A DNA stretch of 43,635 nucleotides from Candidatus Omnitrophota bacterium (lineage in GTDB: Bacteria; Omnitrophota; Gorgyraeia; Gygaellales; JAMWCP01): positions 1-43,635 of the forward strand of contig JAMWCP010000002.1 in NCBI GenBank assembly GCA_023819665.1, written 5' to 3'. The translations under genes were made by a program, and so were the position numbers. The notes under the pieces were generated by a model that worked only from the letters and a program-made list of their open reading frames with translations, ran no database searches and was not told where the DNA came from. Positions 24,629 through 35,421 of this stretch are shown here, piece after piece; within the stretch, counting starts at the first letter, position 1; every line of letters begins with the position of its first letter.

Positions 24629-25558
24629 TTACAGTTTTAAATCTTTTAGACCAAAATAATCCAAAAATTCCTTAGGGATATCAGAGATAAATTCTATAAA
24701 TTTATTTTTCTTAGGATGAATAAAACCTAAAAGATACGCATGCAAAGCCAACCGCGAAAACGTCCTATCTTTACTGTATTTCTTATCTCCCAGAATAGGA
24801 TATCCAATAAAAGCAAGATGTACCCTCAATTGATGTGTTCTACCAGTGAAAGGTATAAGTTTTATAAGAGAGGCGTGGGGATTACGAACAAGTGTCTTAT
24901 ATTCTGTTTTAGCATACCGTGCATCTTCACTAAAGTCCACCTTCTGTCTTTCTCTATCATGACTATCTCTTTTAAGAGGTAAGTCCAGTAAATCTTCATC
25001 AAATTCTACGCAACCTTTTACTATTGCTATATATTCTTTCTTTACAGAATGTTGTGCAAACTGTACAGCTAAATTTCGATGTGCAGTATCGTTCTTTGCA
25101 ATCACCATAACTCCCGATGTATCTTTATCTAAACGATGAACTATCCCTGGTCGCCTTGGATCAATACAAGAAAGTTCCTTAAAATGATACAATAGTGCAT
25201 TTACTAAAGTATACTGAGAGATACCCGCTCCGGGATGAACCACCAGGCCAGCAGGTTTATCAATAACAGCGATATCCTGATCTTCATAAATAATCTTAAG
25301 AGGAATGTTTTCCGGTAAAAGAGAAGAACTTTTTTTTTCTTCAGCTAATATTACTTTAAATTCATCTGTCTCTTTTACTTTATAGTGTGGTTTAAGAAGA
25401 ACTAAATCTTTAGTGTAAACCTTCCCTTCCCTTATCCATCTCTGAATAGTACTGCGAGAAATAGATAATTTCTGTTCTGAAATTCTTCTAAAAAGAAAGA
25501 GGTCAACTCGCATACCTTTCTCTTCTGGATTTGGTTTAAAAACCATCTCCTCTTTCAT
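24629..25558 (-). CDS. rluD: 23S rRNA pseudouridine synthase, RluA/RluD family
   Basis: S4-like N-terminus and the catalytic motif HRLDKDTSGV. I chose ATG 25558, which overlaps the lspA TGA by 1 nt, over the longer track ORF. Confidence 0.9.
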   Translation of the reverse strand: MKEEMVFKPNPEEKGMRVDLFLFRRISEQKLSISRSTIQRWIREGKVYTKDLVLLKPHYKVKETDEFKVILAEEKKSSSLLPENIPLKIIYEDQDIAVIDKPAGLVVHPGAGISQYTLVNALLYHFKELSCIDPRRPGIVHRLDKDTSGVMVIAKNDTAHRNLAVQFAQHSVKKEYIAIVKGCVEFDEDLLDLPLKRDSHDRERQKVDFSEDARYAKTEYKTLVRNPHASLIKLIPFTGRTHQLRVHLAFIGYPILGDKKYSKDRTFSRLALHAYLLGFIHPKKNKFIEFISDIPKEFLDYFGLKDLKL

Positions 25559-26028
25559 CAAGATCTGTTTTTTATAAACATACGGTATATGATTAAAATT
25601 ACACCGCAACTAATACTTGTATCTGCGATATTAAAAACAGGCCAAATACGAAAGTCCAAAAAATCTATTACATATCCCCATAATAAACGATCTATCAAAT
25701 TACCCATCGCTCCTGCAATAATCAATGTAAGGGCAACTTTAAAATTATTATCAGTACTTGCATCTCTTAAATCTCTAATAATTAAAATAATTGCCAAAAA
25801 TGATACGATTATAAAAATAAAATTATTATTTTTAAACACCCCAAAGAATCCCCCGGTATTACAGATAAAGGTAAGATGAAATATGTTTTTTATTATGGGT
25901 ATACTCTGAAGAGGGAAGAAATGATTTATGATATATAACTTAGTATAGCGATCGACTGAGAAAATAAAAATAAATAGAATGAATAAAAATAAATAAAAAT
26001 TTAAATTTTTTCTTTTGCCTGCTGGCAT
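25558..26028 (-). CDS. lspA: Lipoprotein signal peptidase II
   Basis: Four-TM protein with the motifs NTGGFFG and FNIADTSI. Confidence 0.92.
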   Translation of the reverse strand: MPAGKRKNLNFYLFLFILFIFIFSVDRYTKLYIINHFFPLQSIPIIKNIFHLTFICNTGGFFGVFKNNNFIFIIVSFLAIILIIRDLRDASTDNNFKVALTLIIAGAMGNLIDRLLWGYVIDFLDFRIWPVFNIADTSISCGVILIIYRMFIKNRS

Positions 26029-26390
26029 TTAATACAGAGGCGAGCGTAAGGAATAGCTTTTAATCTAGTTTTAGAAATAGGCTCTTTGCATTCCTCGCAT
26101 ATGCCGTAGGTGCCTTCTTCTAATTTTTTCAAAGCATCATTGAGTTCGTAAATGATCTTGTGTTCATTAGTAGCGATACCTAAAGAGAATTCACGAACAT
26201 AAGTATCGGTGGCTACATCTGCCATATGATAAGTATAACCCGATATATCTCCTGATGCGTCCTTCTGTGACTTTCCTAAGGTATCTTCAGAAATATGCTT
26301 TATCTCTTTCAGAATTTCTTCTCTTTGGTGGATTAATAATTTTTTAAAATATTCTTTTTCTTTTTTGGTCATTTTAATTTTTGGTTTCAT
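26001..26390 (-). CDS. DksA/TraR-family C4 zinc-finger protein (YlyA-like)
   Basis: C-terminal CEECKEPIS...RLCIKCQ zinc finger after a coiled-coil region. The start could equally be Met7 at 26372, just after the ileS stop. Confidence 0.85.
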   Translation of the reverse strand: MKPKIKMTKKEKEYFKKLLIHQREEILKEIKHISEDTLGKSQKDASGDISGYTYHMADVATDTYVREFSLGIATNEHKIIYELNDALKKLEEGTYGICEECKEPISKTRLKAIPYARLCIKCQQAKEKI

Positions 26391-29175
26391 ATCTTCCCTC
26401 CATAAAATCTTTACATCGATTACAGACTTGAGGATACCTACGATCCTTTCCTACCGTCAGACTATAATTCCAGCACCGTATACATTTATCTCCCTCTGCT
26501 TTTTCTACTTTAATTTCCACTTCCCTTTTAACCGCTGCCTTTTTTATTTCTACCTGAGAAACTCTAAAAATCTCCGGGATATCCTGAATTGATTCTTCTA
26601 AATATGATAACCACCAATCATCGTTTGTCAACAAAATTATTTTTGCATCAAAAGAACTTCCAATTATGCCTTCAGCACGTAATTTCTCTAACGATTTTGT
26701 TACCAACGGAAGCAAATCTAAAATGGATTTTAATTTACTATCTATTTTCTCTGATTCATCCAAATTGCTCTGTGCATATAAAGGATTAACCTTAGGCCAA
26801 TCTAAAAGATGAACACTTTTAATTTCATTTTCTTCTCCGGTCTTAGGCATATTCTGCCATACCTCCTCGGCAGTAAAAACAAGAATCGGAGCAATTACTC
26901 TCACTAAAACTTTCAGTATTTCATAAATTGCGGTTTGTGCCGACCTTCTCTCTAAGGAATCAGAAGGATATACATACAATCTTCCTTTTATCATGTCTAG
27001 ATACTGCATCGATAGTTCTTCGTTGCAGAAATCGTATATCTGTTTATACACCCTATAAAATTCAAAACGTTCATATATTGCAGTTATTGCCTTCAACATT
27101 TCTTCTAGTCGAAGAAGAATAAATTTATCAATCATCTTCATCTTTTGATATTCAACTTTACAACTGTTAGGATCAAAATCATATAGATTAGCCAAAATAA
27201 ATCTAAATGTATTACGGATCTTCCGATAGGCATCTACTAATCCATCTAGGATCTGAGGAGATATACGTACATCCTCTTTATAATCACTAGAGGCAGCCCA
27301 CAATCTTAAAATATCTGCACCTAGTTTATCAATAATATCAAAAGGTGAGAGCACGTTTCCTAAAGACTTAGACATCTTCATTCCTTTACCATCCACTACA
27401 AATCCATGTGTAAGAACATTTTTAAAAGGGGCTCTCTCTTCAATGCATACACTAGGTATGAGTGATGACTGAAACCATCCTCGATGCTGATCAGAACCTT
27501 CTAAATAAAGATCGGCAGGGAAACCAAGATCGGTTCTCTTTTTTAGAACCGCCTGATGACTTACACCCGACTCAAACCAGACATCAATAATATCTGTACC
27601 TTTAGAAAAATCTTCTCCTTTACATTTAGGACATCTTAAATCTGAAGGTAAAAAATCGGAAATTTCTCTTTTAAACCAACAATCACTACCTTCTTTTTCC
27701 ACAAATTTAATCAATTTATCGATTACCGCGGGGAATAAAAATTCACCTCCACACTTTTTACAACATATAGATGGTATGGGAACACCCCAGTAACGTTGTC
27801 GAGAAAGACACCAATCAGGACGCAAAGCTACCATATTATAAATCCTCTCTTTACCCTCCGGCGGTATCCATTTTACCACGTCAGAAGCAATTAGATCTAA
27901 AAGTTTTTTTCTCAGATCCTTGTGCTCTAAGTCTAAAAACCACTGAGGGGTAGCTCTAAATATGAGGGGGGACTTACAACGCCAACAATGTGGATAAGAA
28001 TGTTGAATTTCTGTAGAAGCAAGCAAGGCATTCACATTTTTTAGTTTTTCTATAATCACCTTATCAGCAGTATATACATTTAATTTTGAAAACTCACCAC
28101 AGGTATCATCAAAATTACCTCTACTGTCTACCGGCATAATTACAGGGAGTTGATATCTTATGCCAACAAGATAATCTTCGTTTCCATGTCCTGGAGCAAT
28201 ATGAACAAGACCGCTTCCTTCCTCTTTCGATACATATTCTGCCAATACCACTTTTCCTTGGCGAAAAAGAAGGGGATGTTCATAAATAATTCCTTCTAAT
28301 TCCTTACCTAAAAATTCTTTTATTATTTCATATTTCTCTATGCCAATATCTGAAAACACCTTAAAAATTAAATCCTTAGCAAGGATAAGATTACCTAGAG
28401 GGGTTTCTATATATGAATAAATAAATTCGGGATTAACTGCTACCGCTACATTAGCCAAAAGCGTCCACGGAGTAGTTGTCCAAATGACCAAAAAACTCTC
28501 TGGTTTAAAATTATCTTTGATCTTAAATTTTATATAAAGTGAAGGAGAGGTTTTATCTTCATACTCCACCTCTGCCTCTGCTAAAGCGGTTTCACAAGCC
28601 ATACACCAGTTTACAGGCTTAAGCCCCTGATAGATATAACCTCGCTTAACCAATTTATTGAAAGCCATAAGAATTTCTCTTTCGTATTCATAGCTCAAAG
28701 TAAGATATGGATTATCCCAATCTCCAAATATACCTAATCTTTTAAACTGCTCTCTTTGAATATGGACATATTTTAAAGCATACTCATAAGCTTTTTTTCT
28801 AAACTCAACTTGATTTATCTGATGTTTATTTATTCCCATTTCTTTAAATAACTGGTATTCCACAGGAAGACCATGACAATCCCACCCCGGCACAAAATTA
28901 GCATCGAACCCCTGCATAGTACGATATTTAATAATAATATCTTTCAATGACTTATTTAAAGCGTGCCCTATATGAATATCTCCATTAGCATAGGGAGGCC
29001 CGTCATGAAGAACATACTTTGGTTTATTTTTAGATTTTTGACGAATCAATTTATAAAGCTCTATCTCATTCCAGAATTTCAAAAATTCTGGCTCCCTCAC
29101 GTTTAACTTTGCCTGCATAGGAAAGTCTGTACGAGGAAGATTAAGGGTCTCTTTATAATCAACTTTATTCATCAA
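26374..29175 (-). CDS. ileS: Isoleucine--tRNA ligase (type 1)
   Basis: HIGH motif ([14 protein letters not shown]), KMSKS motif, and a C-terminal zinc-finger pair (CIRCW...CNRC). 933 aa. Confidence 0.97.
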   Translation of the reverse strand: MMNKVDYKETLNLPRTDFPMQAKLNVREPEFLKFWNEIELYKLIRQKSKNKPKYVLHDGPPYANGDIHIGHALNKSLKDIIIKYRTMQGFDANFVPGWDCHGLPVEYQLFKEMGINKHQINQVEFRKKAYEYALKYVHIQREQFKRLGIFGDWDNPYLTLSYEYEREILMAFNKLVKRGYIYQGLKPVNWCMACETALAEAEVEYEDKTSPSLYIKFKIKDNFKPESFLVIWTTTPWTLLANVAVAVNPEFIYSYIETPLGNLILAKDLIFKVFSDIGIEKYEIIKEFLGKELEGIIYEHPLLFRQGKVVLAEYVSKEEGSGLVHIAPGHGNEDYLVGIRYQLPVIMPVDSRGNFDDTCGEFSKLNVYTADKVIIEKLKNVNALLASTEIQHSYPHCWRCKSPLIFRATPQWFLDLEHKDLRKKLLDLIASDVVKWIPPEGKERIYNMVALRPDWCLSRQRYWGVPIPSICCKKCGGEFLFPAVIDKLIKFVEKEGSDCWFKREISDFLPSDLRCPKCKGEDFSKGTDIIDVWFESGVSHQAVLKKRTDLGFPADLYLEGSDQHRGWFQSSLIPSVCIEERAPFKNVLTHGFVVDGKGMKMSKSLGNVLSPFDIIDKLGADILRLWAASSDYKEDVRISPQILDGLVDAYRKIRNTFRFILANLYDFDPNSCKVEYQKMKMIDKFILLRLEEMLKAITAIYERFEFYRVYKQIYDFCNEELSMQYLDMIKGRLYVYPSDSLERRSAQTAIYEILKVLVRVIAPILVFTAEEVWQNMPKTGEENEIKSVHLLDWPKVNPLYAQSNLDESEKIDSKLKSILDLLPLVTKSLEKLRAEGIIGSSFDAKIILLTNDDWWLSYLEESIQDIPEIFRVSQVEIKKAAVKREVEIKVEKAEGDKCIRCWNYSLTVGKDRRYPQVCNRCKDFMEGRYETKN

Positions 29176-30028
29176 TATACCTTCCTATAATTGGATAGAG
29201 TATCTTCTTTGTTCTTCTTGGTATAAATCTGGCTGGAGTAACAATTGCATATCTTAAAGCATCCTTACAGAAACAGTTCCTTTCTTCTCTAATATGAGGT
29301 AGCACCTCTTTTATGATAAGTTTGGCATTTTCTGTGTTCTTTCTCAAATTCTCCATGACCATCTGAGCAGTAACTGGTTCAGCGGGTTTGTACCAACAAT
29401 CATAATCAGTTACTGCTGCCAAAGTCACATAACATATTTCTGCCTCTCGAGCAAGTTTCGCCTCTGCCATATTAGTCATACCAATAATATCCATTCCCCA
29501 TCTTCGATATAACTCTGATTCTGCTCGCGTAGAAAAAGCAGGTCCTTCCATATTTACATAAACCGCTCCGGTATGTAATCTTATATTTAGTTTTCTTATT
29601 GCTGTAGCTAAAGTTTCTGCCAACTCCATACATATAGGATCGGCAAAGCTTATATGTACCACCATACCATTCTCAAAAAAAGTCATCTTTCGCGCTTGAT
29701 TAGTACGATCAACAAATTGAAAAGGAATAACAAAATCTTGGGGCATAATTGACTCTCTTAAACTTCCACAAGCACTTACAGAGATGATTCTCTCCACCCC
29801 CAACTTCTTTAAAGCATAGATATTTGCTCGATAGTTTATCTGAGAAGGATTTATATAATGTCCTTTACCATGGCGAGGAAGAAACGCAATTCTTTTGCCT
29901 TCTAGTTCGCCTACTACAATTTTATCCGAAGGTTTACCAAAAGGTGTGTTAAAGGAAATTCTTCTTGTATTTTTTAAACCTTTAATATCATAAAGACCGC
30001 TACCTCCGATAATCGCAATCTTAACCAA
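29165..30028 (-). CDS. mtnP: S-methyl-5'-thioadenosine phosphorylase
   Basis: [51 protein letters not shown] and AVTDYDCW. The TTG start at 30028 is preceded by a strong Shine-Dalgarno, GAGGAGGTGGAG (30042-30031). Confidence 0.9.
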   Translation of the reverse strand: MVKIAIIGGSGLYDIKGLKNTRRISFNTPFGKPSDKIVVGELEGKRIAFLPRHGKGHYINPSQINYRANIYALKKLGVERIISVSACGSLRESIMPQDFVIPFQFVDRTNQARKMTFFENGMVVHISFADPICMELAETLATAIRKLNIRLHTGAVYVNMEGPAFSTRAESELYRRWGMDIIGMTNMAEAKLAREAEICYVTLAAVTDYDCWYKPAEPVTAQMVMENLRKNTENAKLIIKEVLPHIREERNCFCKDALRYAIVTPARFIPRRTKKILYPIIGRYIDE

Positions 30029-30048
30029 ACTCCACCTCCTCTTAATTA

Positions 30049-30873
30049 TTAACAGGAAATCTCCTTTGCCCTTTTATAAGCTGAGACAACTGCCTTCTGA
30101 ATTATCTGTTCAAGTTTACAATTTTTAAAAACCTTTAAAGCCTGCTCAGTAGTTCCTCCTTTAGAAGCTACCTTTGAAATTATATCTTCAGTATCAAAAT
30201 TATTTTCTTTTAAAAATTTTAATGTACCCAAAAATGTTTGATAAACTAACAGTCGAGAAGAATCCCGCTCTAAACCTAAAGAATCAGCGGATTTCAGTAT
30301 CGCATTTACAATGTACGCTACGTAAGCAGGGCCACTTCCAGAAATAGCGGTTATCACATCCATAAGTTCCTCATTCTTTATCTCCAATGTCTTACCTACA
30401 GAAGAAAAAATCTCTTGCACAATCTTTAAATCTTCTAAACTAACCAACCTTCCTCTCTTAAAAGCAGTAATTCCCTCTTCTACTGTAATAGCTATATTAG
30501 GCATCGCTCGAATAACTTTTATTTTTTCCCCGAGCATCTCTTCTAAATATTCTATTTTTATTCCCGCTACAATAGAGACAACCAGAAGTTTTTTGAAACG
30601 CCACTCTAAGAACTGATGCATCTGCTGTAGGACCCCTTCAATATCCTGGGGCTTTACCGCAACAATTACCACATCAGATTCCTGCACAACCTCAGATATA
30701 TCTTTGAATTTCACATTTTCCTCATATCGACCAAATTTATCCTTTAGTTTTTTAACAATCTCTTCTTTCTTTTCGCATACTAAAAAACGTAAATCTTTAT
30801 TCTTTAATCCCGCCGCAAGAATTGCCTGCCCCATATTTCCACAACCAATTATACCCACCATCTTCTTTATCAT
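30049..30873 (-). CDS. proC: Pyrroline-5-carboxylate reductase
   Basis: Rossmann motif GIIGCGNMGQAI and the C-terminal motif SKGGTTEQAL. Confidence 0.93.
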   Translation of the reverse strand: MIKKMVGIIGCGNMGQAILAAGLKNKDLRFLVCEKKEEIVKKLKDKFGRYEENVKFKDISEVVQESDVVIVAVKPQDIEGVLQQMHQFLEWRFKKLLVVSIVAGIKIEYLEEMLGEKIKVIRAMPNIAITVEEGITAFKRGRLVSLEDLKIVQEIFSSVGKTLEIKNEELMDVITAISGSGPAYVAYIVNAILKSADSLGLERDSSRLLVYQTFLGTLKFLKENNFDTEDIISKVASKGGTTEQALKVFKNCKLEQIIQKAVVSAYKRAKEISC

Positions 30874-30876
30874 ATT

Positions 30877-31563
30877 TTATTCTCCTTCAAATATTGCTCT
30901 GCCAATACGCAACATATTAGCTCCTTCTTGAAGAGCAATTTCAAAATCATTGCTCATACCCATAGAAAGAATCTCTAACTTAAAAGGTAATTCGCGCTCC
31001 TGATTAAATACTTCTTTAAGTTCTCTTAAAATTCTAAAAAACGGTCTTGTCTTTTCCGCCTCTGCAAAAGAGGGAGCAATAGTCATCAATCCTTTTACTT
31101 CTAAATTTTTAAATTTTACTAATTCCTTAATAAATTCATGAAGTTTTCCTGGTTCTATCCCAAATTTTGTCAACTCAGGTGATGTTTTTACCTCAATTAA
31201 AACTCTTTGAATCTTATTTATCCTTTCTGCTCGTCGATTAATCTCCTCTGCTAAATGCAAACTATCTACAGAGTGAATTAAATCAAATATCTCCACTGCG
31301 TCTTTGACCTTATTAGTCTGTAGATGACCTACCATATGCCATCTTATAGAAGTTATATTTTTTAAAATACGGTACTTTAAAAGTGCTTCCTGAACACGAT
31401 TCTCACCTATATCATTTATACCTGCCTCTATAACTTGCCTTATCTCATCCACAGATCTATTTTTACTTACCGCTACAATAGTTATATTGCAAGGTTCAAC
31501 TGACACACTACTACATACGCTATTGACACGTCTCTTTAAATCTAAAATATTATCGTGAATCAT
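30877..31563 (-). CDS. yggS: YggS/YlmE-family PLP homeostasis protein
   Basis: AVSKNRSVDEIRQ (PLP lysine), GENRVQE, WHMVGHLQTNKVK, LSMGMSNDF and LRIGRAIFG-like motifs. I chose ATG 31563 over the hydrophobic TTG-initiated extension in the track. Confidence 0.9.
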   Translation of the reverse strand: MIHDNILDLKRRVNSVCSSVSVEPCNITIVAVSKNRSVDEIRQVIEAGINDIGENRVQEALLKYRILKNITSIRWHMVGHLQTNKVKDAVEIFDLIHSVDSLHLAEEINRRAERINKIQRVLIEVKTSPELTKFGIEPGKLHEFIKELVKFKNLEVKGLMTIAPSFAEAEKTRPFFRILRELKEVFNQERELPFKLEILSMGMSNDFEIALQEGANMLRIGRAIFEGE

Positions 31564-31579
31564 TATAAAAATCAGAAAT

Positions 31580-31607
31580 ATTATACAATATATAAAAATG
31601 GCGTCAA
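31580..31607 (-). promoter_or_regulatory. Sigma70-like promoter for yggS-proC-mtnP-ileS... (TTGACG-16 nt-TATAAT)
   Basis: On the minus strand, TTGACG lies at 31607-31602, followed by a 16-nt spacer and TATAAT at 31585-31580. Sixteen nt with no Shine-Dalgarno precede ATG 31563. Confidence 0.5.
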
Positions 31608-31648
31608 CCAATTATATTATATTAAAAAATAAACCGTAAAAGGAGAGA

Positions 31649-32902
31649 TTAAAAATACTCCTGATATAACTCTACAAACCAGTTTATTATTCTCTTGGAT
31701 AAACCGTGCGGCGAAATAATAGATGATGAATTTATCTCTTTGTACAACTGTTCTACTTCATAAAATACTTTTAAACAGTTAGCATAATTCAATAATTGAG
31801 AAATTGAAAAAATATTATTCAGAGGAAAGTCATTTAAGAAAGAAAAATCAGAATAAGTGATCATTCTTACAGGGGTATTTAACTCTAACTCCATCTTTTC
31901 AAGTAATCCCTCTAAAAGTGCACTTCTACCACAAACAAATATCTTTTCTATTTTTTCTTTACCTATATAATTATGAAGATAATTCTGTAGGGAAGTTATA
32001 AAATTAGCTACCTCTCTATTTAAAGCATAAGACAATCTTGAACGCGGAATCGATCTATAATAATCATTCTGTTTAATCATCACATCTTTATTTCCTAACC
32101 CCTCCTCAAGTATAGTCGCATAGTTTATCTTTAACTCTTCAGCTAAATCCAAAGAAATATCGAGCTCTTTACCGATGCTTTCTGTTAATCTATCTCCTCC
32201 AAAAGCAAGATAACCTATGTGTTTTATAAATTTATCTTTATATACTATTATATCGGTAAGTTTTGCACCTATATCTAAAAGCATATAGATACCTTGGCTT
32301 AGTTCTTCTTTATTTATGATATACTCTAATATCCCCATTCCACTAATAAATATATGCCTTAGGGTATAACCTAACTTATTGATAATATGATTCAAATTCT
32401 CAAAATATGCAGAAGTTATTGAAAAAGTAAGTAAATCTACTCCTAATTTATGGGCATATAACCCTACAGGATTAATAAACCCATCTTTATCATCAACAGT
32501 ATAATTAACTGGAATGCTACCGATTACCTCTTCTTCCCAACAGGACCCCAAAGCCAAAGCTTGCTCTTTTACTTTCCGGACATCAGATAGAGTAATCAAT
32601 TTGTTACCTTTCTCAGCAAAAGGAATGATAGCGAAATTGTGTCGCATAATTAGATCTTCACAAGAGATATTTAAATATACATTCCGAATTTTTTGATTAG
32701 ATTTTTTCTTTAAACTATCAAGAAGTTGTTCTAAGAAAACAACTAATGCAGATATATCTTTTATTTTTGATCCCTCAATACATCTTGTAAATAAGGATTC
32801 AAAAAATATATCTTTTATATGTTTTTTGTCTCTAAAACACAAAATAATACCTGCTAACTTACTTGAACCTAGGTCCAAAGAACAGATATAATTATCTTTC
32901 AT
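31649..32902 (-). CDS. ftsA: Cell division protein FtsA (divergent)
   Basis: Actin-fold phosphate-1 motif LDLGSSKLAG, the position directly after ftsQ, and a C-terminal amphipathic helix (KRIINWFVELYQEYF). The phosphate-2 and adenosine motifs are atypical (DIGAKLTD, CGRSALLEG). Confidence 0.8.
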   Translation of the reverse strand: MKDNYICSLDLGSSKLAGIILCFRDKKHIKDIFFESLFTRCIEGSKIKDISALVVFLEQLLDSLKKKSNQKIRNVYLNISCEDLIMRHNFAIIPFAEKGNKLITLSDVRKVKEQALALGSCWEEEVIGSIPVNYTVDDKDGFINPVGLYAHKLGVDLLTFSITSAYFENLNHIINKLGYTLRHIFISGMGILEYIINKEELSQGIYMLLDIGAKLTDIIVYKDKFIKHIGYLAFGGDRLTESIGKELDISLDLAEELKINYATILEEGLGNKDVMIKQNDYYRSIPRSRLSYALNREVANFITSLQNYLHNYIGKEKIEKIFVCGRSALLEGLLEKMELELNTPVRMITYSDFSFLNDFPLNNIFSISQLLNYANCLKVFYEVEQLYKEINSSSIISPHGLSKRIINWFVELYQEYF

Positions 32903-33599
32903 ATTTAATCACAGGATCTTTAAACCTAAGATCAATATATGAGATTCTGTTCAAATCATGTTCTAATTGAGAAATAAGCATTATTAATAACTTAAGATTT
33001 TCATCTATTCTCTCATCTATTTTTACTTCTATATTATCCATAAAAAAGGCGAGTCCAAAGCCTGTATCTATATTTATTCTTCTTATTTTATATTTTTTTA
33101 ACTGTTCTGCTTTATTAAATTCTTTGATTAATTTCAAAGCTAACTTTAATCCCTTTATCTCCAGTTTCTGACCGGGCTTTACATAGCCTATCTTCCTCTC
33201 CAATCCAAAGATTATAGGTAATTCCGGATTGAACTGTTGTGCCTCGAACACTATCCCATCAAAATCTATAGCAAAATCACGATACAATCTCAAATAAGCG
33301 CAAGCTTTACGTGGATCAGCCTTTACTATCAAACGGTTGGGGAGCTGGATACTTATCCTTAAAATACGGTAGTGAGAAAATTCATTCTTTATCTTATTAA
33401 AAATGGATTCGAGGTTCAGTTTAAATATATTCTTTCCTTTAAGATATCCTAAATTCATGTCTTTATCAGGAGTGATTATATATTCTATATTAAAATAATT
33501 AGCATTAAATATAAATTTAAATAAACTGAGGATAAAAAAAATTATTACTGATACCATCACTAATATCTTAAGATAAGATACAAATATTTTCTTTCTCAT
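32892..33599 (-). CDS. ftsQ: Cell division protein FtsQ/DivIB (POTRA)
   Basis: Single N-terminal TM segment plus a POTRA-like region (PNRLIVKADPRKACAYL). It sits between ddl and ftsA. Confidence 0.8.
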   Translation of the reverse strand: MRKKIFVSYLKILVMVSVIIFFILSLFKFIFNANYFNIEYIITPDKDMNLGYLKGKNIFKLNLESIFNKIKNEFSHYRILRISIQLPNRLIVKADPRKACAYLRLYRDFAIDFDGIVFEAQQFNPELPIIFGLERKIGYVKPGQKLEIKGLKLALKLIKEFNKAEQLKKYKIRRINIDTGFGLAFFMDNIEVKIDERIDENLKLLIMLISQLEHDLNRISYIDLRFKDPVIKYER

Positions 33600-34549
33600 T
33601 ATTTTATAAGTAAACGAGATTTACGATAGGCAGAATCTATTAACCTAAGGCATAGTTCTAAAAAATCTATGCCTATTGCACGTGCGGCTTTCGGCAAAAG
33701 ACTTGTTTCTGTAAGACCGGGGATGGTATTAACTTCTAACACATAAACATAATCCTCTTTAAGTATCATATCTACACGTGAAAAACCATAACAACCCAAT
33801 GCCTTATGCGCACGAAGAGCACTGTCTCTAATCTGCTTGGTAATCTCTTCCTCTATCTCTGCAGGAATAATATATTCAGTTAGGCCAGGGGTATATTTTG
33901 CTTCGTAATCAAAAAATCTTTTTTTAGGAATAATTTCAATTATAGGTAAAGGTTGCTCTTCCAATATCCCCACTGTAACTTCTCTCCCTTTTATATACTG
34001 CTCAATAATTATTCTATCATCAAAATTAAATGCTTCTTCTACTGCTTTTAATAACTCAGTTCTATTTTCTACAATAAAAAGACCGATACTGGATCCCTGT
34101 GTTGATGGTTTTATCACCAAGGGGAATTTAAGTTCTTCTAAAATTAATAAATTTTTATTAAATTCTTTTTTCTCTATTACTCTATATTCGGGGACATTTA
34201 ACCCCCATTCTATAAAATATCTGCGAGATAAAACTTTATTCAGAGCAAGTCTGCTAGCCTCTACTCCCGAGCCTGTATAAGGTATATTTAAATCCTCTAA
34301 TATTTTCTGAATTGTTCCATCTTCACCAAAACGACCATGAAGAGCAATAAAAGCAACATCTATTCCTGATGACCTTATCTTCTTTATATTCTCTCTAATC
34401 TCCGGTTTATCTATATCTACAGGTATAACATCAAAACCTGCTTCTTTTAAAGTGTTATAAACAGCTCTCCCGGATTTTAAAGAAATTTCTCTTTCCTCCG
34501 AAACACCACCCATCAGCACACCAATTCTTCCCAAATCTTGTCTTACCAT
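33599..34549 (-). CDS. ddl: D-alanine--D-alanine ligase
   Basis: GGVSEEREISLKSG, HGRFGEDGTIQ, KPSTQGSSIG and EVNTIPGLT motifs. Confidence 0.95.
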   Translation of the reverse strand: MVRQDLGRIGVLMGGVSEEREISLKSGRAVYNTLKEAGFDVIPVDIDKPEIRENIKKIRSSGIDVAFIALHGRFGEDGTIQKILEDLNIPYTGSGVEASRLALNKVLSRRYFIEWGLNVPEYRVIEKKEFNKNLLILEELKFPLVIKPSTQGSSIGLFIVENRTELLKAVEEAFNFDDRIIIEQYIKGREVTVGILEEQPLPIIEIIPKKRFFDYEAKYTPGLTEYIIPAEIEEEITKQIRDSALRAHKALGCYGFSRVDMILKEDYVYVLEVNTIPGLTETSLLPKAARAIGIDFLELCLRLIDSAYRKSRLLIK

Positions 34550-35421
34550 ATCTCTATCTCTAATTCTAAATCGAGATTAAATTTTTTCTTTACTTTATCG
34601 CGGATATAATCTATCAAACTCAACACATCTTTTGCAGAAGCATTACCTTGATTAATTATAAAGTTAGCATGTCGCAGAGACACCCTTGCATCACCTATGG
34701 TTTTACCTTTTAAGCCACAAAGTTCAATTAATTCTCCAGCAGATAGCCCTTTTGGATTTTTAAATATACATCCTGCGCTAGGATAAGAGAGATCCTGTGT
34801 AAGTTTTCGATATCTTAGAAAGTAATTAATTTTTTTTAAAATTTCTTCTTTATCTGCTTTAACCAACTTTAACAATACTTCAAGAATTATAAATCTGCGT
34901 AGATTAGAATAACGGTAACTAAAACGTAAATCTTGTGATTTTATTTTTTTTATATTTCCATTATAATCCATAACTTTAACTTCTTTTACTCTCTCTCCTA
35001 TACAACCCCATCTACCTCCGGCGTTCATAACCAAAGCACCCCCCACTGTAGCCGGTATACCAATTAAGAACTCTAAACCTGAGAGACCCTTTTTTAAGCA
35101 GAACTGCAAAACTTCATTAAGTTTTACGCCAGCCCCTACTTTTAAACAATTATATAGAAGTCTTATCTTTCGAAAATACTCTGAATTAAACTTTACCACT
35201 ATACCTCTTACTCCTTCGTCGTGCACTAATATGTTGCTACCCTGCCCTATAATAAAAATTCTTAACTTTTTATCCTTGGCAATCATCAATAATTTCCTTA
35301 GATCTTCCAAATTAATAGGTTCTACAAAAAAATCTGCTTTTCCTCCAATCTTAAATGTAGTGTGTTTAGAAAGCAAAATATCTCTCCTTACTTTACTTCT
35401 TAAAGTATTTAACCAGTTCAT
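34543..35421 (-). CDS. murB: UDP-N-acetylenolpyruvoylglucosamine reductase
   Basis: HTTFKIGG, IIGQGSNIL, the AGCIFKNP-type motif SAGCIFKNP, and GDARVSLRHANFIIN. Confidence 0.93.
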   Translation of the reverse strand: MNWLNTLRSKVRRDILLSKHTTFKIGGKADFFVEPINLEDLRKLLMIAKDKKLRIFIIGQGSNILVHDEGVRGIVVKFNSEYFRKIRLLYNCLKVGAGVKLNEVLQFCLKKGLSGLEFLIGIPATVGGALVMNAGGRWGCIGERVKEVKVMDYNGNIKKIKSQDLRFSYRYSNLRRFIILEVLLKLVKADKEEILKKINYFLRYRKLTQDLSYPSAGCIFKNPKGLSAGELIELCGLKGKTIGDARVSLRHANFIINQGNASAKDVLSLIDYIRDKVKKKFNLDLELEIEIW

